NCBI GenBank assembly: GCA_902596665.1
Contig: CACJUN010000001.1
Coordinates: forward strand, 391,935 to 455,934
DNA: 64,000 nucleotides
Origin: an uncultured SAR86 cluster bacterium
GTDB lineage: Bacteria; Pseudomonadota; Gammaproteobacteria; Magnimaribacterales; AG-339-G14
Reading direction: 5' to 3'
Shown piece by piece: positions 57,753 to 64,000 of the stretch (positions within the stretch are counted from its first letter, which is position 1; the number at the start of each line of letters is the position of its first letter). The translations under genes and the position numbers were made by a program. The notes beneath the pieces were generated by a model. That model was not told where the DNA came from, made no database searches, and saw only the letters and a program-made list of their open reading frames with translations.

Positions 57753-60746
57753 TTAGAATCTAAGAGTTAATCTTAGGTATCCAAAAGAACCCATTACGTC
57801 ATAGTTTTCAATGGAAGTGTTTCCGTTGAAAGCTGTATCAACAAATGGTGGTTCAGTGTTAAACAAGTTGTTTACACCTAAAGTTAAAGTTAATGGATCA
57901 AAGTCAAAGCTAGCTCTTACATCGTGATACATAACAGCATCGACATCCCACTTAGTTCCACCATAGTTTGTTTCTTCAGCAGGACCAATGTATCGAATTG
58001 CATATTCAATAGAATAAATATCTTTACTCCAAGTCATGAATCCATTTGCTCTGATGTTGGGAATCAAACCGAATTTAGTTTCTACTTGAGTACCAGCATA
58101 GTCAGTAGCGACTCCAAGAATCGTTTCTTCGTATTTAGCAGTATAAGCAACTAAACTTCCAAGAGACATATTCCATCCATTAATAGTGTCTGGGTGATCG
58201 TAATTGATGTAAAGATCAACACCGTTGTAAGACTGTTCACCAACGTTTGCATTTAGGTTAGTGATAAGTTTTATGTAGTTTTTCAACTCAGGTGGGGTGT
58301 CATATCTTTCAATTTTTCCACAGTAGACAGGTAAGCCTGTATTAGCACATTGATCAAGAAGAACTTGAGGACCATAAGTACTTATAGTTTCTTCAATATC
58401 AACTTGCCAAAAATCAAGAGTTAGATCCAAACCATCTGTTGGTTGGAATACAAAACCTAGAGTAGATGAAACAGCAGTTTCAGGTTGTAACGCTGGGTTA
58501 CCACCGGCTAACTCATTAGATTGATCTTGCTCATTGATATAACCTTTTCCAACTACAGCACAACCAGGAAGAGTAGCTAATCTTGCTTCATATTCAGCAG
58601 CAGTTTCACCAGTTCCTTTTCCAGCTTGCGCACAAGGATCTGTTACTTCTGGGAAGGTCGTATATTGACCACCGTATAGAGCAGGAGTTGAAGGAGCTCT
58701 GTAAGCCTCAGAATAAGAACCTCTTAAAGTAAAGGTATCGGTCGCAAAAACTTCAAATCCAAATTCAGAAGTCGTATTGGTACCAAATGAAGAGTAATCA
58801 GAACTTCTTGTTGCAAATTGAAGCTCAGCTCTTTCATAAATTGGAACGATAATCTCAGCATATACTTCTTCAAGTGAATAAGCACCGGAAGTGTTAAGAC
58901 CACTTCTATCTGTAAGTAGTCCTTGAATGATCAAAGAATCTTGAAGAGTCTCACCATATTCGGTTCTGCTTTCATAACCAACCGCCATGTAAACAGTTCC
59001 TCCGTCGTATTCAGCAATCGGACCATTGAAGTTAACTGAGGTAACTTCTTGCTCATTCAAACCACCAACAGTTGCATTGTCACTACTGTAGGCAATCATT
59101 TCATCGGTAACTGAGTTAACACCAAATATGTTCAATGGAACACAAGAAGATGGAATAGTTGTATCTTTGTCAACTCCACATCTAAGCACTCCAGCATCAT
59201 CTGTGTATGTTGGGCCAACCTGTTGTGCAACTTTAGCTAAGTTAAAGTAACCTTTTGCTATAGCAGCACTATCGTTTTTACCATAGTGATAGGTTAGATC
59301 CCAGTTCCAACCAGAATCACCAAATTCTCCCTCTAGTCCAACTAACACTCTATAGTTATGAACATCACGATCGTCAAATCTTCCTAGTCTTTCAACTATT
59401 CTTCTTCTCCAATCTTTAATCTCCATAGTCTCACCGTTTGCATCGAGTGTTCGAACTAAGTCAAAAGCACCTTCGCCATCAGCGTTAACCACATATTCAC
59501 CGCCAACTAAGTCATATCCACCTTCGCCGTCTGCATTAGCTTCGTATGAAGTAGCAAATTTAGGACCGTAAGTTTGGTTGTAGTAGTTATTTGGAGAGTA
59601 AGGTGCAGCTTTGCTGTAAAAAGCCAATGGTGCAAGAGGTTGCGGAGCAATTCTTGATTGACTCTTTATGTTGGAGTACATAACTTCTGTAAATACTTTA
59701 GTATTTTGAAATACTGAAAGGTCTGGAAGATTAAGTTTACCGTGAACCGTACCGTTCCATCTTTTTTGTGGAGATGATAGCCAGTTCAAAGGATTGTAGT
59801 TGTACCAGTCACCGTCAAAAGCTCTCCAATCACCTTGTCCTGGGTATACAGGAGCAACGCTTTGATCTATGAAACCTGCTTGTGGGCCAACTTTATCGCC
59901 ATCAATTCCAGCAGCTTTCCAAAATTCAGGGCCAAGAGTCGCAAATCCAAAACCAGGCACGTTAACTCTTGTCCATGGAGGAGCTGAACTTCCACCAAAA
60001 TCACAACCATCCGGACAGTTAGATCCTGGAATTGTTGTTCCAGCTAAGCTTTCAATACCAGCATAAACCTCAAAAAAGGAGTTTCCTCTGGCTCCCATTA
60101 GTAGACCATGTTTTTCTGCCATTGAAACAGAGAAAACAATACTTCCTCTATCACCTTGGACACCGCCAACAAATGACATCTCATCCATTCTGTCGTCGCC
60201 TTCCTGTGAAGCTCCACCTTGGATACTTAATTCAGCACCGTCGAAATCATCTCTTGTAATGATGTTAACAACACCAGCGATTGCATCGGAACCATATATA
60301 GCAGATGCACCATCTTTAAGTACCTCAACTCTTTCTACCATAGCAGAAGGAATAGCAGATAAATCTGGAGAGGATGAAGCACCTGTGCCCATTGGCTGGA
60401 GTCTTCTTCCGTTTAATAAAATAAGAGTTCTAGCAGTACCTATCCCTCTTAAAGAAAATTTAACAGTACCGTTTCCACCATTACTGGTATTACTATTTGA
60501 TACTGAACCTTGAACCAATGGAGTAGATCTTAAGATATCTCCAAGGTTTGATAGACCTGTTCTTTCTATATCAGCTCTATCTAAAACTGTAACTGGCACG
60601 TTTGAAGATATTTCAGGTCTTTCAATTCTTGAACCTGTAACAACTACTTCTTCTTGATCAGCATCGCTTTGTGCAAATGTAAAACTTGCAAAAGTTAATC
60701 CTGACAAAGAAACGGTCAGTAACAGTAAGTTACGTAAATAAATCAT
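57753..60746 (-). CDS. TonB-dependent receptor
   Basis: Signal peptide, EEVVVTGSRIERPE plug start, plug blocks (RGIG..., NGRR) and a C-terminal LRLTLRF. Confidence 0.9.
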   Translation of the reverse strand: MIYLRNLLLLTVSLSGLTFASFTFAQSDADQEEVVVTGSRIERPEISSNVPVTVLDRADIERTGLSNLGDILRSTPLVQGSVSNSNTSNGGNGTVKFSLRGIGTARTLILLNGRRLQPMGTGASSSPDLSAIPSAMVERVEVLKDGASAIYGSDAIAGVVNIITRDDFDGAELSIQGGASQEGDDRMDEMSFVGGVQGDRGSIVFSVSMAEKHGLLMGARGNSFFEVYAGIESLAGTTIPGSNCPDGCDFGGSSAPPWTRVNVPGFGFATLGPEFWKAAGIDGDKVGPQAGFIDQSVAPVYPGQGDWRAFDGDWYNYNPLNWLSSPQKRWNGTVHGKLNLPDLSVFQNTKVFTEVMYSNIKSQSRIAPQPLAPLAFYSKAAPYSPNNYYNQTYGPKFATSYEANADGEGGYDLVGGEYVVNADGEGAFDLVRTLDANGETMEIKDWRRRIVERLGRFDDRDVHNYRVLVGLEGEFGDSGWNWDLTYHYGKNDSAAIAKGYFNLAKVAQQVGPTYTDDAGVLRCGVDKDTTIPSSCVPLNIFGVNSVTDEMIAYSSDNATVGGLNEQEVTSVNFNGPIAEYDGGTVYMAVGYESRTEYGETLQDSLIIQGLLTDRSGLNTSGAYSLEEVYAEIIVPIYERAELQFATRSSDYSSFGTNTTSEFGFEVFATDTFTLRGSYSEAYRAPSTPALYGGQYTTFPEVTDPCAQAGKGTGETAAEYEARLATLPGCAVVGKGYINEQDQSNELAGGNPALQPETAVSSTLGFVFQPTDGLDLTLDFWQVDIEETISTYGPQVLLDQCANTGLPVYCGKIERYDTPPELKNYIKLITNLNANVGEQSYNGVDLYINYDHPDTINGWNMSLGSLVAYTAKYEETILGVATDYAGTQVETKFGLIPNIRANGFMTWSKDIYSIEYAIRYIGPAEETNYGGTKWDVDAVMYHDVRASFDFDPLTLTLGVNNLFNTEPPFVDTAFNGNTSIENYDVMGSFGYLRLTLRF

Positions 60747-60784
60747 TTTTACCCCTTAAAAATGTAATAATGTCCGCAATTATA
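60747..60784 (-). promoter_or_regulatory. candidate promoter and short leader of the TonB-dependent receptor gene
   Basis: Minus-strand TATAAT (60784..60779), then TTGCG-N8-TACATTT-TTAA-GGGGTA, then ATG. The -10 to start-codon distance is identical to that at 57646. Confidence 0.45.
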
Positions 60785-60819
60785 TGAAAAAAACTACAAA
60801 ATAGCGAGAAAGATTCATC

Positions 60820-61614
60820 ATGACAATTCTTAAAGGAAAAAAAATACTTATTGTAGGAGTGGCTAATAAAAATTCAATCGCTGCAGGTATTGCTGAATCA
60901 ATGAACGATTTTGGTGCGGAGATTGCACTATCTTATCAATCAGAGAAGCTTAAATCGCGTGTTGAAGCTTTGGCAGAAAATTGGAATTGTAGTTTATTGA
61001 CAGAATGCGATGTCAGTGATGATTCTGCAATCAATGAGACATTTAAAAATATAAAGGATAAGTGGGGACATTTAGATGGAGTTGTCCATGCCGTTGGTTT
61101 TGCTCCAGGTAATGAATTAGATGGAAACTTTGTCGATGCCTCTACCAGAGAAGGATTTACAATTGCTCACGACATAAGTGTGTTTAGTTTTATTGCTTTA
61201 GCGAAGGCTAGCAGAGAGTTAATGGCAGACAGATCATCGTCTTTATTAACTTTATCTTATCTTGGTGCCTTAAGAACTCTTCCAAATTACAATGTGATGG
61301 GCTTAGCTAAAGCGTCTCTTGAATCATCAGTTAGATATCTGGCCAACAGTCTGGGAAAGGAAAATACCAGGGTCAATGCTATCTCAGCAGGCCCGGTTAG
61401 AACTTTAGCAGCCTCTGGAGTTAAAAATTTCAGAAAGATGCTCTCCTACAATGCAGAAAGAACACCTTTAAAAAGAAACATAACTGCAAGGGAAGTTGGT
61501 GATACAGCCTCATTTTTATGTTCTGATCTCGCAAGCGGGATTACCGGCGAAGTTACTTATGTGGACGCTGGTTTCAATATAACTGCTATGGGTGATCTAG
61601 AGGAGATTTCCTAG
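60820..61614 (+). CDS. fabI: enoyl-[acyl-carrier-protein] reductase (NADH) FabI
   Basis: [19 protein letters not shown]-terminus and the [12 protein letters not shown] (Y-x6-K) catalytic region. Confidence 0.95.
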   Translation: MTILKGKKILIVGVANKNSIAAGIAESMNDFGAEIALSYQSEKLKSRVEALAENWNCSLLTECDVSDDSAINETFKNIKDKWGHLDGVVHAVGFAPGNELDGNFVDASTREGFTIAHDISVFSFIALAKASRELMADRSSSLLTLSYLGALRTLPNYNVMGLAKASLESSVRYLANSLGKENTRVNAISAGPVRTLAASGVKNFRKMLSYNAERTPLKRNITAREVGDTASFLCSDLASGITGEVTYVDAGFNITAMGDLEEIS

Positions 61615-63426
61615 TTTTATCGAAGCATTAGATCTCAATTGCTCCATTAATAAGGAGTCCTCAATGTTTATCACAGCACTTTTAGCAAATTCATTTTGCT
61701 GAGAATCTTTTTCCGAAGGATCTTCTAATCTTATTTCATCTATTGAATCAAGCGTATAAACGTAAGTATCCCCTTCTAAGGCATCAAATCTTCTTATTTG
61801 ATTTATTTGATCCTTTCTAAGAGAAAATATCTCTGAGACCATTGAATTTGGTAGCAAGCTAGTATCGCGTTTTAAGTCTTCGTAGCTTGTCAATTCAGAG
61901 GAGCTGGTTTGAGCAAAAAGGAGCACTGACTCATCCACTAAATTATTAAGATTATCTTGAACTTTTTGGAATTTTAATATTTCTGTTATATCTTTTTTTG
62001 CTTCCTCTAAAGTTTTTTGTCTTTCTGGGAGGAATTCTTCTACTTCAAGAAAAACCAAGCGATCGTTATCGATTGGAAATTCAAGAATCTCACCAGGCGA
62101 GAGAGAATCATAAACATCAAGAAAATCTTCAGACGTTTTTAAATATTCTGGCGCTTCGTTTAATGAAACATTTGAAAAAGATTTTATGGGTAGATCTTCT
62201 AACTGAGATATCTCAAAAAGATTTTTATCTCCCTCAATGGAGCTTAAGATATTTTCTTCGATAGAAACAAAAAGCGATTGAGTTTTTTGATCTATCAAGG
62301 AATTTCTCGCATCTTTAGCTGTAAAAGAATCTACATTGCTTTCAGTAAGTTTAATTAAATGGAGGGAAGAACTTAGCTCAACAACTGAAGATATTTCATT
62401 AAGAGACATATCTTTAATCACTTCCTCAAATTCAACTGGAAAAATAGTGCCATCGGTATATCCAAGATCGCCATCAAGGCTTTTAGATCCCAAATCATCA
62501 GAAAAGTTGGTTACAGCATCTTCAAAACTAATCAATCCCGAATCAATTTGATTTTTAATATCATCAACTTTCTGAAGAGCTTCAATTCTTGAAAGGCTAT
62601 CAAAGTCAACTTGAATATGACTTATTCTTTTTTGACCTGAGTTTGAACTTTGCTCTTCCAAATTAATTAACTCAGCCGATACCTCAGAACCTGTAATTTG
62701 TACTTTTGATTCTAGAAAGTTTGTATTTAAGTCAATTATTGAGAATGATGCCTTAGACTCAACCATAAATTTAAGGCCTTCCTCATTGTAATAATTGATT
62801 ATCTCCTCTTCAGATAAACTTTCTTTTTTTGCTTCATCAGCCAGAGATATTTTCTTAAATGTAATGTCTCTGTGATGGTTGATTGAAGAAACAAATTTGT
62901 TGAGATGATCATCTGGAATAAAAGCAGAGGCATTTAGTGCTTCATTCAATTGAATACTCTTATATTGTGTTCTTAAAATATTTTGAAATTCCTCTGCTCC
63001 GAGACCAGACCTTAATAAAAATCCTCTAAAAACATCTAAATTGAATACACCGTCCCTCGAAAAAGTAGGATCAGCTTGAATAATTTCTTTTACAAAAGAT
63101 TCAGTGACATAAAAGCCGTTATCTTCTGATTGTTGTGCTAAAAGAATTCTTTGAATTAAAGAATCTTGTGCAATCTGCGTGACTTGATCTTGCTCAAGAC
63201 TGATTTCTTGGTTGGAGAAAATTGAATTAAGTCTGTTGGCCTCCAGAGAAAACTCCTGAATGGAAATATCTTGCCCATTAATTTCCAATACCTTTTGATT
63301 GCTAAAGGCATTATCTGTGCCCAAAAAATTTCCAAAAGTAGCTACCAATCCTACGATAAGTATTCCAACGATTAGAGTGGATCCTGAGCTAGATAATCCT
63401 TTTCTGATGTTATCTAAAGCTGACAT
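61597..63426 (-). CDS. ppiD: periplasmic chaperone / peptidyl-prolyl isomerase PpiD
   Basis: N-terminal membrane anchor, a long SurA-like chaperone region, a degenerate parvulin segment, and a position next to hupB. Confidence 0.75.
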   Translation of the reverse strand: MSALDNIRKGLSSSGSTLIVGILIVGLVATFGNFLGTDNAFSNQKVLEINGQDISIQEFSLEANRLNSIFSNQEISLEQDQVTQIAQDSLIQRILLAQQSEDNGFYVTESFVKEIIQADPTFSRDGVFNLDVFRGFLLRSGLGAEEFQNILRTQYKSIQLNEALNASAFIPDDHLNKFVSSINHHRDITFKKISLADEAKKESLSEEEIINYYNEEGLKFMVESKASFSIIDLNTNFLESKVQITGSEVSAELINLEEQSSNSGQKRISHIQVDFDSLSRIEALQKVDDIKNQIDSGLISFEDAVTNFSDDLGSKSLDGDLGYTDGTIFPVEFEEVIKDMSLNEISSVVELSSSLHLIKLTESNVDSFTAKDARNSLIDQKTQSLFVSIEENILSSIEGDKNLFEISQLEDLPIKSFSNVSLNEAPEYLKTSEDFLDVYDSLSPGEILEFPIDNDRLVFLEVEEFLPERQKTLEEAKKDITEILKFQKVQDNLNNLVDESVLLFAQTSSSELTSYEDLKRDTSLLPNSMVSEIFSLRKDQINQIRRFDALEGDTYVYTLDSIDEIRLEDPSEKDSQQNEFAKSAVINIEDSLLMEQLRSNASIKLGNLL

Positions 63427-63442
63427 TTGTGGACTCTACCAT

Positions 63443-63475
63443 AAAAAAAGCGCGCCAATAAGACGCGCTTTTTTA
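63443..63475 (-). terminator. rho-independent hairpin after hupB, immediately upstream of ppiD
   Basis: AGCGCG (63449..63454), a 9-nt loop, CGCGCT (63464..63469), flanked by A7 and T6. Confidence 0.7.
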
Positions 63476-63483
63476 TTTTATTC

Positions 63484-63753
63484 TTACAGGCTGTCTTTTA
63501 ATGCTTTTCCAGCTTTGAAACCTACACCTTTTGAAGCAGCAATCTGAATTGTTGCACCGGTTGCTGGGTTTCTTCCCATTCTTGCCGCTCTTTCTCTTAC
63601 GTTAAAAGTTCCGAACCCTACTAAAGCAACGGAGTCACCTTGAGATAATGCACCTGCTATTCCATTAAGAACTGCATCAAGCGCTCTACCTGCTTCAGCT
63701 TTAGACATATCAGTAGCGTCCGCTACAGAATCAATTAAATCAGCTTTATTCAC
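63484..63753 (-). CDS. hupB: DNA-binding protein HU
   Basis: MNKADLI...GFGTF.V.ERAAR.GRNP.TG matches the HU pattern. It has a GTG start preceded by AGGAGAG, and the lon-hupB-ppiD order supports hupB. Confidence 0.9.
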   Translation of the reverse strand: MNKADLIDSVADATDMSKAEAGRALDAVLNGIAGALSQGDSVALVGFGTFNVRERAARMGRNPATGATIQIAASKGVGFKAGKALKDSL

Positions 63754-63787
63754 TACACTCTCCTAAATAAATTAAAACTTGAGTTCA

Positions 63788-63816
63788 TTTATACCCTTAG
63801 AAAAGGATTAATTCAA
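63788..63816 (-). promoter_or_regulatory. candidate sigma70 promoter of hupB
   Basis: Minus-strand TTGAAT (63816..63811), a 17-nt spacer, then TATAAA (63793..63788). Confidence 0.55.
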
Positions 63817-63838
63817 CATGTATATCAGGCTGTAATAC

Positions 63839-64000
63839 CTAATTTAGTGTGTTTTGAGAAGTTTTTTTTGATCTAGTTTTTTTTCTGCTAGATTCTGATG
63901 ACTTTGCGTTTCTCTCAGACCAAGGTTGAGGCTCCTCGGTAAAGACAATTTTAAAAACTTCATCAACCCATTTTACGGGCTTGATAGTTAATTTATCTGT
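63839..64000 (-). CDS. lon: Lon protease, C-terminal end (partial, continues beyond the window)
   Basis: The translation ...TDKLTIKPVKWVDEVFKIVFTEEP... matches the conserved Lon C-terminus (L.I.PVK..DEV). It is followed by a Lys/Ser-rich tail, and the position upstream of hupB fits. Confidence 0.65.
   Translation of the reverse strand, partial: TDKLTIKPVKWVDEVFKIVFTEEPQPWSERNAKSSESSRKKTRSKKTSQNTLN

Overview
The window is AT-rich (about one-third GC by eye) and very gene-dense, with about 70 genes in 64 kb, most on the minus strand. It shows classic gammaproteobacterial synteny blocks: lon-hupB-ppiD, fabI, gltX-dnaQ-rnhA divergent from gloB-mltD, and csrA followed by tRNA-Arg. Together with two large TonB-dependent receptors and many lipid/xenobiotic oxidation enzymes (P450, Baeyer-Villiger monooxygenase, TauD, epoxide hydrolase, acyl-CoA enzymes), this resembles a streamlined marine gammaproteobacterium such as the SAR86 type. 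That assignment is inference, not proof.

I found no CRISPR array, IS element, integrase, prophage or recognisable defence system, so this looks like core chromosome rather than an island. All family calls come from motifs read in the supplied translations; no database search was possible.

Observations worth a second look:
1. All four tRNA genes sit inside minus-strand operons, and the next start codon lies only 8-22 nt after the CCA end with no Shine-Dalgarno.
2. Three genes are broken by an apparent extra base in T7/T8 homopolymers.
3. A CYP153-like P450 has no redox partners and is fused into an operon with two steroid-5-alpha-reductase-fold membrane proteins, directly downstream of csrA and tRNA-Arg.
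4. A Cys-rich DUF3604 protein and a rhomboid protease are flanked by two paralogous GPH symporters, with an 11-bp direct repeat in the internal intergenic region.
5. Two secreted proteins (8-9% Met) are built from a repeated domain with a conserved Cys pair.
6. Two TonB-dependent receptors lie upstream of an oppABC operon with no ATPase genes, and they share a conserved promoter and leader.
7. Ten of 12 convergent gene junctions overlap or abut, and several promoters have leaderless geometry.

Three real genes shorter than the 60-aa ORF-track cutoff were also recovered: csrA, a UbiK/YqiC-like protein and a Trm112-like protein.
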